From positions 2,560,001 to 2,624,000 of the forward strand of contig CAXXLL010000003.1 in NCBI GenBank assembly GCA_963662545.2: a stretch of 64,000 bases of DNA. Reading direction: 5' to 3'. The translations under genes and the position numbers were made by a program. Below the pieces are notes generated by a model. It worked only from the letters and a program-made list of their open reading frames with translations, searched no databases and was not told the origin of the DNA. The DNA is from Gammaproteobacteria bacterium (GTDB lineage Bacteria; Pseudomonadota; Gammaproteobacteria; Ga0077536). How positions within the stretch are numbered: position 1 is the stretch's first letter; every line of letters begins with the position of its first letter. Below are positions 42,944-53,932 of this stretch, piece after piece.

Positions 42944-43540
42944 CTACTTCTGCTTCCAGGCTCCGCTCGCATCACGGTAATACCAGCCCCTGGTCGCTTT
43001 TGCGACCCAGCGTTGCGCGAACACCCCGCGGATCTGACCGACCCATTCCGGATGACCGTTGACGCGCGCGATCTCTTTATACAACCCTTCCCAATCCGCA
43101 TTTTGATCGGTGACGAGTTGGCGCACTGTATTACGCTGGGCCAGCGCGATGGCGTTGCGGTCGCGGATATCGAGCACGCCCGCGGCCGTGAGGCCGACAG
43201 CGCCTGCATCGAGATAAGGTTTGAGCTTGGGGAAGCGGGCCTTTAACGATTGCTCGAGCGCGCGCGTCGCAGGCGAGGAAGCGTCGAAATCAGCCTGAGC
43301 ATGGGCAACCGGTACCACGAAGTTCAGAAATCCAAACGCCGCGATCGCGAGGCCCGATGTCTTCTTGCGATCGAAATGAAGCCAGGCGCCCGATGCCTCG
43401 GCATCCTGCGCGCCACGTACTTCGTCGATGATCCGATCCGCCGCTTCTTGGGCTGCGGCTTCGGGAAAATAAATATTGATGGTCACACAACCGGCCAGAA
43501 GCACGGCCGCGCAGGCAAACAATAATCTACATCGTGTCAT
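42944..43540 (-). CDS. YdbL (DUF1318) family lipoprotein
   Basis: LAGC lipobox, CVTINIYFPEAAAQEAADRII and C-terminal LY.EIA..NG...F..RW..KA..GW.Y....G.W.QK. Confidence 0.8.
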   Translation of the reverse strand: MTRCRLLFACAAVLLAGCVTINIYFPEAAAQEAADRIIDEVRGAQDAEASGAWLHFDRKKTSGLAIAAFGFLNFVVPVAHAQADFDASSPATRALEQSLKARFPKLKPYLDAGAVGLTAAGVLDIRDRNAIALAQRNTVRQLVTDQNADWEGLYKEIARVNGHPEWVGQIRGVFAQRWVAKATRGWYYRDASGAWKQK

Positions 43541-43626
43541 AGCTGAATCTTCCGTCACTAAATCGCGCATCAAACGCCGATTTACGATACTAATTCTTAA
43601 GACCGTCGATCGCCCGGGGGGTTCGC

Positions 43627-45687
43627 CTACTCGATATTCAATTGCCCTTCCTCGAGCGCCTGCTTCAGTTGGCTCATCAGGCGCGACCAATTGACCGCAC
43701 GCACGCGGCCGATGAGATCAAGCCGCGGCAGCAGGCTGCCCTTGACGATATAGTAACCCGCGTCCGCGGCTTCGATACCGTCCATGTGGCAGATGTCGCT
43801 TTCGAGCCGGCACGAAATCCCGAGACGATCGTAGGGAAAATCCTTGAACACGCTCAAGAAGGTGCTGGACAGCACCGTACCGCTCCCCCCGGCAACTTTC
43901 GAGATCGTACCGATCGCGCGCTGAGAGATGCGGTGCTTGGAGCGATCATTCTCGGGGGTTCGAAAACTCGCATTGAAGGCGATTGGCTCGCCCTTTAACA
44001 TCTTGAGATCTTCGATGTCACCATCGAGCCTACCTGCCACACTGCCGAATGAAAACACTTCCGTCACGAGACCGAGATCGAGGTTACGCAGACGTATCGT
44101 CGCGGAGACGGCGGGTACGATACCGAACGGTCGTTCGATCCTGAGATCCTCGATCGTGACATCGCCATCGAACGCGCGCGCCTCGAGCGTACCGCCGAGC
44201 GTGACCACGCCTTGCCGGTAGCTCAAAAGCGGCAGTCTTCCGGAAAGCGTTCCGGCGAACGCCGGCCAGCCGAGTGCAACCGTCAATTGCCGCAGCTCGA
44301 TCGGTTTGAGATCCGCCTCGAAATCAAACGTTATATCGTCGCTGTCCCAGTCGCTTACCTTGAACGCCTTGATGTCGAGCGCGCCCCCCAGCGCCGGAAT
44401 CCTGGCCGGTTCGGTGAGTTCCGCCCCTGTCCCAGCGATCCGTAGTTGCAAGGCCGAAGCGTCGAAACCCGCGCCATAGACGAACCCGCCGTCGAAAGCG
44501 AAGCGGCTCAAAGCCGCATCTGCAGCGTCACGACGCCAGTCGAGATTGCCGCGCGCGCCGTACATTGCAAAACGTCCATCGGCATCTTCGAGGTTGAGCG
44601 TCTTCACTTCGAGCGACAAGCCGACCGGTTGGTCCTGCTCGATCTCGATGCGCCCTTTCAATTTACCTTCGGTATCGAGACGATCGAACGGCGTTCCGAC
44701 CAGGAAGCCTTTTAGATAGGTGTCATACGCCACGGGGAAACGCGCGCTTTCGATCTCGACGACAGCGTGCTCCAAGCGTTTATCTCATGAGGACACGAGA
44801 CGACCGCTCAAGGTGATGACTTCCGGTTGCGTAACGTGGAAACGCGGTATTTCGATACGGCCGGCGACAGGTTCGATAATTGCGGAGGCAGTGAGAACGA
44901 GCGGATGTTCGGAAAAGTCGACGTATACGGGTTCGGCGTATACGCCGCCTGTACCGATCTTGATTTTCACGTCCGTCTCCCACGCGCCCTCTGCGGATCC
45001 GCTGGCCACTTCAATATCGAGATCCATATTCAAGGCTTCGGCAGCGAAACGTCCGGTGGGATCGTTGAAGGCGAGATCTCTTACCGCCGCATGCCCTTCG
45101 GCTCGGATGGCACCATCAGGTGCAAAACGCCATCTGGAATCGAAGTCGAGCGACCCTGTATCGACTGTGATATCACGCGCGCTGTCCAAAGCCTCATCGA
45201 GATCCCGGGCCACGGCGCTTAAGGCCAAACTTGCACCACGCAGCTCGAACCTAAGTCCCGCGCCGCCGATCCGACCTTTGATCCGAACCTGACCGTCTGC
45301 GTACGGGATCGCCGGCAGATCGAAGTCGAGCCGCCTGTCAAACACCCGGTAAGTAAAGCCCAGTGCGAATTCGACGTACGCTTTATTAACCGTCCCGCTG
45401 AGTTTTCCTTCAGCGCACTCGAACCGGCGAGGTGTGATCTGGATTCGCCCGCATCGAATGACAAGGCGTTCGAGTTCGCCCAAGGGTGCGGGCAAGCTTG
45501 CGCGCGCAATGTCGAGTTCGGCCGTAGGTCCGCCTGCTGCCCCGAAATCGACGGCCAGCCGGAACATGTCGAGAGACCAGTTCGGCCCTTTAACCGATTC
45601 GATCGTGATCACACTCGGTTCTGCGCCATGCGCCAGATGAGCACCTAAGGCAAGCACCAGTAAGAATTTCGGCAGCAAGTGGTTCAC
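43627..45687 (-). pseudogene. YdbH/AsmA-like intermembrane bridge protein split by one in-frame TGA (44785-44787)
   Basis: ORFs 44785..45687 and 43627..44775 are in the same frame (...LVSS*DKRLEH...). Signal peptide, beta-rich body and C-terminal ISQRA..F.Y..LG..C.L..C motif; lies upstream of the ydbL-like gene. Confidence 0.72.
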
Positions 45688-45780
45688 TGGGTTTCCACAG
45701 AGCGTGGCACCGTGGGGACATTATCACCCGGTACTTTCGGTTTCTCGTAAAAAACAATCAGGGCATTAAAAAACGATCGC

Positions 45781-46713
45781 CTATCGTTTAGGCCGTCTCA
45801 CGCGATAACCGAGACGCGGAAAATGCACGCAGACCTCGTCTACGCGATCGTTGGAGATGCGAATGGACACCCGGCGTTCATCGATCGAGGCCAGGATGCC
45901 GGACGCGGGCGATCGTTCGCCCAGCGGCTCGACGATTACTTCATCACCAACCGCGATGTCTTCGGGGGCCTGATAGTCCGGCTTTTCGATCGAGAGCGGT
46001 TCCGCCGCGCGCGCCCGATCGAGCGCCGCCTGCGCGGAGAGATCTAGCGGGCGTCCATGGCCCAGATTGCGCACGCGCTCCATCCACGCGCGCGTCTTCG
46101 GCAGCCGGTCCAAACCTTTGCTAGGCCCGCCCATCGTCTCGAGAAACCAGGGCGCTTCGTAGATGACGATGTCCGCGAGGCTCACAACGTCGCCGAGGAC
46201 GTAGTCGTTGCCCGCGGACAGCAAGTCCTCGATGCGCTCGAGTTGCGGCCACATTTGCGCCCGGTATTTGGGCGCGGAGGCTTCGACCTGCTCGATGGTC
46301 GGTGCGGCCTTGCCGTGGAGCGCCGCGCGATCCCGGTGAAAAGCCTCCGGAAATCGCCGTGCGTTGCAACCCGAAACGTACAGGGCTACCGGCCACAGCA
46401 GCTGCGATTCGGCCCAAGCGGCAAGGGTCTCACACAGCGCCTGCATCCTTACCGGATCCGGACCCGGATATAGCGGCGGTTGCGGCTTGATTGAATCCAG
46501 CACCTCGACGATGAGCGCGGTATCACAATAGACGTCGGCGCCGATCTGCAGAGCCGGGGTGCGCCGGTAGCCGCCGGTCAGCGGTATGTAATCGGGTTTA
46601 GGAGGATAGGCCGGAATCTCGACGGAGAACCAGTCGAGATCCTTCAACCCCATGACGAGCCGGACTTTCTCGGAGAAATTCGAGAAGTCATAGTGATGAA
46701 GGATCAGATCCAT
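45781..46713 (-). CDS. Glutathione S-transferase family protein
   Basis: MDLILHHYDFSNFSEKVRL, PKPD...LTGGYRRTPALQIGADVYCDT, SLAD and VHFPRLGY. Confidence 0.9.
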   Translation of the reverse strand: MDLILHHYDFSNFSEKVRLVMGLKDLDWFSVEIPAYPPKPDYIPLTGGYRRTPALQIGADVYCDTALIVEVLDSIKPQPPLYPGPDPVRMQALCETLAAWAESQLLWPVALYVSGCNARRFPEAFHRDRAALHGKAAPTIEQVEASAPKYRAQMWPQLERIEDLLSAGNDYVLGDVVSLADIVIYEAPWFLETMGGPSKGLDRLPKTRAWMERVRNLGHGRPLDLSAQAALDRARAAEPLSIEKPDYQAPEDIAVGDEVIVEPLGERSPASGILASIDERRVSIRISNDRVDEVCVHFPRLGYRVRRPKR

Positions 46714-46890
46714 AAGTTTATGTTCACTGATATTCGAAAGGATTATGGAATTTTTGGAACACGCTGGACGATTGGTCTTTCTGCGCACCTCGCTTCCGAC
46801 AATCGAAGCGCAGCTTGTCGACACATTAAGCCCTAAGCGCCCACCATTGGAGATGTGGGTCCAGGGAAGCTCCTGCTATCGGAATTATAC

Positions 46891-47215
46891 GAGCGGTATC
46901 TATCGGCGTGTTACCGCTACATCGAACTTAATCCGTTAGCCGCCAATAGGGTGCAACACCCAGGTGACTATCGCTGGTCCAGCTACCATCACAACGCCTT
47001 GGGTGATCGGCGTAGACGATGAATATCGCCGCAACACATGCAGCGCATTATTCGCAACTGCCCTAGCTCAAGAAAAACTTCACGCCATTCGAATTGCCGC
47101 GTGGTGTTCTCTACCGATTGGTGATTTCCGCTTCAACGCGAAGATGGATAAAGCCTTAAGTCGTTCTACTGGGCAGGCAAAAAGAGGAAGGCCGTGCCGA
47201 GGGGGCCGTCGAAAG
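46891..47215 (+). pseudogene. REP-associated tyrosine (Y1, IS200-like) transposase remnant
   Basis: Manual translation from 46891: ERYLSACYRYIELNPLAANRVQHPGDYRWSSYHHNALG. A second frame gives IR.A.....PIGD.RF.....KAL.R..GQAKRGRP. The N-terminal HUH half is missing. Confidence 0.8.
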
Positions 47216-47256
47216 GGTCGGCGAATGAGAATAAGAACCATTTGTCACCGACCCTT

Positions 47257-48012
47257 TTAAATTCTTTCGATACGGCGATAAAACGTTAATCCAAAAAGCG
47301 AGGAAAGCAGAAGAACGAGGGCAGGAGGAGCAGGAACTGCAGCAAGCGCCTGCACTTCCTCGAGGCTCAGGGCGTGATCATAGACGCGTAAATCGTCGAT
47401 CGCGCCGGCGAAATTTTTTCCGAAAGTTTCGTGACTGCCGATCGTCAACGTGCCATCGTCCCCCAAGCTTTGGCCCAGTTCCTCCCCATTGAATGTCTGC
47501 ACGCCATTAAGATAAAAAGCGTAATTAGAACCGTCGCTGGTCAGCGCGACATGCTGCCAGCTCCCCTGATTAGTTGCGTCGAAGTCGTGGTAGGTGAACC
47601 CCCAGTAATCGAGACGGTACTGATTCGCGTTGATGTACAGATTAAAATTCTGCAGTTTGGCATTCGCACCATATTGAAGCACCCTGTGATCGGAGCCCGG
47701 GTTATCTCCCGGATTGATCCAAAGCGAGTAGGACATTGCCGAACTTCCAATCGGGAAACCTGCCGTTGGAGTAGAAATGTAATCACCGCTGCCATCGAAT
47801 GCATAGGCGCTGTCTGGATTTCCGAAGCGGTCCGAAGTAAGACTGGTATCACCGATTATCGTGCCGTGATTCGCATTGCCGCTCGAATCGTTCGCATTAC
47901 CGTCGAATGACCAGGATCCGATGAGCGCTGATTGTGCCGAGAGCGGGAATAAAGCAAGAAGTGCGACGATGACTGCTACTTTGCAATGCATTTGTTCAAA
48001 CCATTTATTCAT
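47257..48012 (-). CDS. LamG/concanavalin-like secreted protein with PEP-CTERM-like anchor
   Basis: Signal peptide; WSFDGNANDSSGN, DRFGN, WQHV, FYLNG and GAIDDLRVYD; C terminus VPAPPA-TM-RR. Confidence 0.85.
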   Translation of the reverse strand: MNKWFEQMHCKVAVIVALLALFPLSAQSALIGSWSFDGNANDSSGNANHGTIIGDTSLTSDRFGNPDSAYAFDGSGDYISTPTAGFPIGSSAMSYSLWINPGDNPGSDHRVLQYGANAKLQNFNLYINANQYRLDYWGFTYHDFDATNQGSWQHVALTSDGSNYAFYLNGVQTFNGEELGQSLGDDGTLTIGSHETFGKNFAGAIDDLRVYDHALSLEEVQALAAVPAPPALVLLLSSLFGLTFYRRIERI

Positions 48013-51000
48013 TGCATATTCCTCCGTCGCAGGATGGATAGCCCGATCATCGCGCTGCCGAACAACCACACCGCCGGCGGCAGCGGTACCGCCGAATTCA
48101 ACGGCGCCAATACACCTGTGCCGTTCAGCGCATAGATCAGACCGCCGAGATAGGCATTGCCCGCGAGCGCCATGTCGTAATAGATGTCGAAGTCAGAGAA
48201 GATGTAATTCACCTCCATCGCGAGGTCGTCGACGCCATCGGCGAGGTTCACGAACCCGGCGTAGACGGCACCACCACTGGTCGCGTTGCCATCAAACAGC
48301 GTCAGTCCGACGCCCGCTTCCAGGGTCAAAATGCCCCACGCGAAGTTGTCGACGTAGCCAAGCAGGCTCGCACCTAAATCAGTACCACCGATATGCATTT
48401 CCTGGATGGTGCCATGAAACACGAGTTCGGCTGCGCTCGTTTCCCAGCCGGTGTTATTCAATGAGTGGTTTTCATAGTTACCGGAGACGAGAAAGCGATC
48501 GCCGACACCGCCGATGAGCGTTCCGGGGTCATTGACGATGAGATCGGTAAAAAAATTGTCCGCGGGATCGGAAATGAACGTGCCCGAATTGTTCAGGCCG
48601 CCGAGAAACCGCAAGGTCGCCTCGGTATTCTTGATCACACCCGTCACGCTGTTGGTGACCTCGTTGAAGAACGTCGTCGTGTTACTCGTCGCGGAGAGTT
48701 GTGCGTTGTTGAGTACGGTGCCGAAAACCTCGGCATCACCATCGGCAAAGTGCACCGTGTCATCATTGGTCAACCCGCCCGTGCGCAGCGTGCCATGCCC
48801 GAGCACGCTTCCCGCGTTGGTCATGGCGTTGCCGCCGTTGTCGAAGGTGCCGCCGGTGAGCGCTATCGTGCCGCTGTTCGTTGCGAGACCCTGGCTGTAG
48901 AACACCTCGCTAGCCGTGCCAGCCTGGATGGATCCGGTGTTGCTGCTGCCCGCACCTGACAACGTCAACTTGCCACCTTCGGCGCGCACGGTGCCGGCGT
49001 TGATCAACGTATTAGTCACGCGGCCAACGCCGCTGACAGTGCCGGTGTTGGATAGTGCGCCACCCGATAGCGTCGCGTTATTGCCCTTCAGCACCACGGT
49101 GCCGGAGCTTGCGAAGCCATTGAAAGCATTGATGCTGCTGCCGTCCTCGATGCGCACCTCGCCGCCGTTGATGTTGCCGCCGAAGAAGGTGGCAATCAGC
49201 AGGTTGCCGCCGCTATTGGCGTGCACCAGGCCGCCGTCATTAGTCAAGCCGGAGAAGAGGGTGCCGTTGCCGCGCACTATGCCGCCGGCCTGGTTATTCA
49301 GATCGCCCGAGCCTTCGACCGCCCCACCGGCCAGTTCGATGACCCCGGAATTGAAGACGCCGCCGTCGGCACTGAGCGCGCCGCCGTCGAGCTTGGCCGT
49401 ACCGAGGTTTTGCATCGAACCGTCGACGTGCAGGCTCTCGGTGGTCTGCACGGTGAGCTGGCCGGTGTTGGAAAACAGCCCCGTCACGGTCAGCAGGCCG
49501 GTGGTATTTAGCGTGCCGTTGTTCACCAACTGCAGCGCGTCCACGGTGCCGCGCGCATTCATCTGCGCACCGAATTCGTTTTGCAGGGTTATGCCGGTGT
49601 TGATGGTGCCGCCATTCATGTTCAGCGTGTCGAGGTTACTCAGGAGACCGCTGAAACCCAGAACGGCCCCAGCGTTGACGGTCATCGTGCCCTGGTTATC
49701 GACCGTACCGGCGACATTGACGATGGCGTCAAAGGTGGCGGAACCGGTGTTGGTCAGCGAGCCGAGGTTCAGGGTGCCGGCGTCCTGGTTCAGGGTGCCG
49801 GCGTTGCTGGCGGCCCCGGCGCTGAACGTGCCGCCCTCCTGGTCGAGTTGCCCCAGCACGCCTATGGTGAGCCCGTTGGCGACCGTGATATCACCGCCGC
49901 CGTTCATGCGCAGGGTCGCAATACCACTGACCTTCGCGTTGATATCGAGCGAGGAGACGTTAACCGAGCCGGCCGGGCCATTGACCGTGCCACCACCAGC
50001 GCGGTCAATGAACACCTTATGCGGGTCGCCGGGATTGAGACCGACCGTCCAGTTGTTGCCGGTGTCCCAGTCATCGAAGCTGTCACCGCGCCAGTGGAGG
50101 TCCGGCGTGAAGAGGAAGATCCCGTCTAAGCCGTTCGCGCGAAAGCCTCGATAAGCAACCTGGCCGAAGTCATTGAGTGTGACCTCACTGAAAGCAGTTG
50201 CCACGCTGCCCGCCAGGTCATCGCCTTCGCGCACGACCTGTAAGGTCTCGATGCCGTCGCCCAGGAAAACGCCGTTGTCGTCACTGAAGCCACCGCTCGT
50301 GCCGGTCATGAATTCAGACTCGAAAGCGACCTGGCCGCTCGTGTTCAAGTTGATATCGCTAAAACCGCCGAATAAGCCGTTGCCGCCGGGCGCCGCCTGG
50401 CCCTCCCGCGCAATCTCGGTCACCGCTCCGCCGCTACCGCGGAATACGCCGTTGTTGTCACTGGAGCCACCGCTCGTGCCGGTCATGGAGAATGACTCGA
50501 AAGCGACCTGGCCGCTCGTGTTCAGGTTGATTTTGCTAAAAAAGCCGAATAAGCCGTTGCCGCCGGGCGCCGCCTGGCCCTTCCGCGCAATCTCGGTCAC
50601 CGCCCCGCCGCTACCGCGGAATACGCCGTCGTTGTCACTGCCGCCGCCGCTCGTGCCAGTCATGCTGAACGACCGGAACGCGACCAGGCCGCTCGTGTTC
50701 AGGTTGATTTCGTCAAAACCGCCGAATAAGCCGTTGCCGCCGGGCGCCGCCTGGCCCTTCCGCGCAATCTCGGTCACCGCCCCGCCGCTACCGCGGAATA
50801 CGCCGTCGTTGTCACTGAAGCCACCGCTCGTGCCAGTCATGCTGAACGACCGGAACGCGACCAGGCCGCTCGTGTTCAGGTTGATTTTGCTAAAAAAGCC
50901 GAAAAAGCCGTTGCCGCCGGGAACCGCCTGGCCCTCCCGTGCAATCTCGGTCACCGCCCCGCCGATACCGCGGAATAGGCCGTCGTTGTCACTGAAGCCA

Positions 51001-51282
51001 CCGCTCGTGCCAGTCATGTTGAACGACCGGAACGCGACCTGGCCGCTCGTGTTCAGGTTGACGTCGTTAAAATCGCCGAACAAGCCGTTGCCGCCGGGCG
51101 CCGCCTGGCCCTTCCGCGCAATCTCGGTCACCGCCCCGCCGCTGCCGCGGAATAGCACAATGGACCTTCGTGTTCATGGTTTGGGTCTTACCGTCCGCAC
51201 CGACCGGCTGCGCGCAAACCAATACGACCGCAAGCACGATGAATAAGAGCTTTGTTCGAAGCGTAATCATTTGCATATACAT
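48009..51282 (-). CDS. Large surface protein with NxxGxVAF tandem repeats, beta-helix-like region and VPLP-type CTERM anchor; frameshift at ~51160
   Basis: GGAGG RBS and signal peptide in ORF 51067..51282; body in ORF 48009..51158 with five 59-aa LNTSGxVAF repeats; C terminus AVPLPPAVWLFGSAMIGLSILRRR. Confidence 0.8.
50271..51155 (-). repeat. Five near-identical 177-bp in-frame tandem repeats
   Basis: The anchor aa(t/a/c)aagccgttgccgccggg recurs at 50371, 50548, 50725, 50902 and 51079 (period 177). Confidence 0.93.
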
Positions 51283-51424
51283 GGCTTACCTCCGCCGGTA
51301 GTCACCGACAAAATCGTCTTGCTCAATCTCATGCCGAAGTACTCATTATCGGTAGCGGGATGCGCTAACCTGTCGGGACAAAGCCCGCGCATAGAGCTGT
51401 TGTAAACGTCTTTACGCACATCGA

Positions 51425-51444
51425 ACCAGTCCAAAAGGACTGGT
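51425..51444. promoter_or_regulatory. Palindromic operator candidate between the surface-protein operon and the LuxR-type regulator
   Basis: ACCAGTCC-AAAA-GGACTGGT, a perfect 8-bp inverted repeat. Confidence 0.55.
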
Positions 51445-51555
51445 CTCAACGCGATCGGCGGGATTAGGATTGTGACGGAGTTCACATGATGGCCTTGCGA
51501 CCGCGCGATGAGTTTTACAATATCGAACGAGATCCAACATGAGCGATTGCACGCG

Positions 51556-52200
51556 ATGAAGGTGCTGGTCGTCGACGATCACCCGCTGTTCTTAAGCGGG
51601 ATCCGCGGCGTACTCGAGGGCCTTGCGGACGACGTCTGCGTGCTCGAAGCGGGGTCGGCCGAGGACGCTATCGCGCACATCGAGCGCGCGCCGGACATCG
51701 ACTTCATCTGCCTCGATCTGCAGCTACCGGGACTGAACGGCATTGAGTTTCTGGCGGAATTGCGCAAACGGCGGGTGCCGGCACCCGTGGTGATCCTGTC
51801 TGCGCTGGAGTCGCCCGGTATCATTCACCGTGCGCTCAAAGCGGGTGCGAACGGTTACATCTCTAAGGCCACCGCGCGCGACGAGTTGGAAGTAGGACTC
51901 GCCGCAATCGCGCGTTCAGGTCATTACGTGTCGCCCATGCTGCGGCGCCCCCTGGATAGTTTCCGGGCCGGTATCGGGCCGGCCGGCGACGGTGGCGTCA
52001 ACCTGACGCGACGCCAGCGACAAATCCTCGATTTGCTCGCATCCGGTCTCAGTAATGTCGAGATTGCCGGTCAGCTCAACGTTGCGGAGAGTACGGTCAA
52101 GGGCCATCTTGCAACGCTCTATGCGGTGCTGAATGCGGAAACCCGTACCGCCTGTCTGGCCGAGGCGCGCCGGTTGGGTTTACTGGAAGATAAGCTGTGA
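51556..52200 (+). CDS. NarL/LuxR-family response regulator
   Basis: VVDDHP, LDLQLPG, GANGYISK and HTH LTRRQ..IL....G.SN.EIA..L..AE.TVK.H. Confidence 0.93.
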   Translation: MKVLVVDDHPLFLSGIRGVLEGLADDVCVLEAGSAEDAIAHIERAPDIDFICLDLQLPGLNGIEFLAELRKRRVPAPVVILSALESPGIIHRALKAGANGYISKATARDELEVGLAAIARSGHYVSPMLRRPLDSFRAGIGPAGDGGVNLTRRQRQILDLLASGLSNVEIAGQLNVAESTVKGHLATLYAVLNAETRTACLAEARRLGLLEDKL

Positions 52201-52207
52201 GACTTAG

Positions 52208-53932
52208 TCAGACGAGCTCGCGCACGACTTTCATGAGGTGGGGGATCTTGACCGGCTTGTGCAGGACATAGAGGCCCAACCGCTCTGCTTCTTCGCGCAG
52301 ATGCGCGTGTGTATCCCCGGTCATGATCAGCGCGGGCAGCTCCGGATCGATCGCGGCGCGCAGTCGCTCGATCGCTTCCAGGCCGGTCCGTCCATCGCGC
52401 AGGCGATAATCGCAAATCAAGATGTCGGGCGGCCGCGAGATTTCTTTCAACAACTGTAAGGCTTCTTCGTCGTCAGCCGCGGCGGTGACTTCGCAGCCGC
52501 TGTCGCTCAACAAGGTCGCCATGCCCTTGCGGATCTGTGCCTCGTCGTCGATGACGACGACATGCAATCCCGCAATCCCGGCGGACTCCTCCGGTGCCGC
52601 CGGGAGCACGACTCTCTCCGCATCACCCTGAGGTACCACGACGCTAAAGGTCGAGCCACGACCTAAGGTGGATTCGACGACAAGCGGATGCGCCAGCAGC
52701 TTGCAGGTGCGGCGCACCACGGATAGCCCGAGCCCGAGACCTTTGGACCGATCGCGCTCAGGATTTTCCAGCTGGTGATATTCGTCGAAGATCCGGTCGA
52801 GATCGGATTCGGGAATGCCGTGGCCGGTATCTATGACGCGGATTATCGTTTCGTCCGTCGTTGATTTAATCTCGAGAGAAACCTTTCCGCTATCGGTGTA
52901 CTTAATGGCGTTGGATAGCAGGTTACGCAGCACGCGTTCGAGCAAAACGGGATCGGAATGGATGACGGCTTGAGTATTCCCGTATTCGTATTTGAATTCG
53001 ATGCCTTTGCTTTCCGCCATGTGCCTGAATTCGGGCACCAGGCGCGCTAACAACTCGTCGATCGGGAGATGCATCCATTCGGGTTCGATGGCCCCTGCGT
53101 CGAGACGGGAGATCTCCAGTAGCGCTCCGAACATATCCTCGAGTGCAGTGTAGGCGTTGTCGATGTCATCGATCAGCTCGCGATTGCGCTCGCCGAGCGC
53201 TTCGCGATCCAGCGATCCCAGAAATAAACCCATGGCATACAAGGGCTGGCGCAGGTCGTGGCTGACCGCTGCGAGAAAGCCCGATTTCTCCACGTTGGCG
53301 CGCTCTGCGGCTTCTTTGGCGATTGTCACCTCGTCGAGCAGACGGGCGTTTTCAATGTCACGGGTGATCGAATTCGTGATCGCGGCGCTTAGGTTGCGTC
53401 CGAAGAAGAGGATGATCGTCAGGAAGAACAGGGCCAGCCCGGCGAATACGTTCGTGACCGGTTCACCGAACAGTACGAGCTTGAACGCGAGCGGAACGAA
53501 GATCGGCACGACGAACGCGGCGAACGCTCCGTAATGCGGGCAGAGCGCGGGCAAAGCACCCGTACCGATTCCCATCAAGACGGCCAGCATAAAGATGAGC
53601 TGGAGCAGGTGGGTGGAATCGAGGAAGAGCATCGCCCCCGCACCCCAGATGGCGCCACCCATTGCCGCGTAAAACATAAACTGAAGCATCCAGCGCTGGA
53701 GCTTGTGCGGATCCTCGGGTTGCTCGCGGTTAAAGCGCCGCCAGTCCCAGAGGCGGACTGCAGCGAGGAGGTAGTTGCTCGCGCACCATGCGATGATTTG
53801 ACCGTGGGGAAAGACGTTCCATAGCACGGCGCCGCATACGGTCATCACGGTCAGATTGCCGAACCACGTCACCGGCCGCTGCCGGGACAACATGTAAGCG
53901 CGAGCTCGAGTAATTCCTGGATCCATGGCCAA
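52208..53932 (-). CDS. Membrane-bound hybrid sensor histidine kinase
   Basis: About 5-6 TM helices, SHDLRQP, NLLSNAIKYT, DTG.GI, GLGLGL and a C-terminal REC domain. Confidence 0.93.
   Translation of the reverse strand: MAMDPGITRARAYMLSRQRPVTWFGNLTVMTVCGAVLWNVFPHGQIIAWCASNYLLAAVRLWDWRRFNREQPEDPHKLQRWMLQFMFYAAMGGAIWGAGAMLFLDSTHLLQLIFMLAVLMGIGTGALPALCPHYGAFAAFVVPIFVPLAFKLVLFGEPVTNVFAGLALFFLTIILFFGRNLSAAITNSITRDIENARLLDEVTIAKEAAERANVEKSGFLAAVSHDLRQPLYAMGLFLGSLDREALGERNRELIDDIDNAYTALEDMFGALLEISRLDAGAIEPEWMHLPIDELLARLVPEFRHMAESKGIEFKYEYGNTQAVIHSDPVLLERVLRNLLSNAIKYTDSGKVSLEIKSTTDETIIRVIDTGHGIPESDLDRIFDEYHQLENPERDRSKGLGLGLSVVRRTCKLLAHPLVVESTLGRGSTFSVVVPQGDAERVVLPAAPEESAGIAGLHVVVIDDEAQIRKGMATLLSDSGCEVTAAADDEEALQLLKEISRPPDILICDYRLRDGRTGLEAIERLRAAIDPELPALIMTGDTHAHLREEAERLGLYVLHKPVKIPHLMKVVRELV

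Noticed and set aside
44785-44787. Selenocysteine recoding of the in-frame TGA
   Set aside because: No redox motif context, no recognisable bacterial SECIS, and the family is not known to me as a selenoprotein.
50271-51155. 177-bp repeats as a CRISPR array or DGR template/variable pair
   Set aside because: They are in-frame coding units with no unique spacers, differences are not adenine-restricted, and there is no cas or reverse transcriptase gene.
48916-51246. Long plus-strand ORFs 48916..50154 and 50173..51246
   Set aside because: Antisense shadows of the Gly/Asn/Thr-rich surface protein, with Pro/Val-rich nonsense composition.
51320-51336. Sigma-54 promoter (GGCATGAGATTGAGC, minus strand) for the surface-protein operon
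   Set aside because: GG-to-GC spacing is 11 rather than the required 10.
51371-51392. CGGGACAAAGCCCG as a guanidine (ykkC) or c-di-GMP-I riboswitch
   Set aside because: Only a short fragment matches; the upstream conserved stems are absent.
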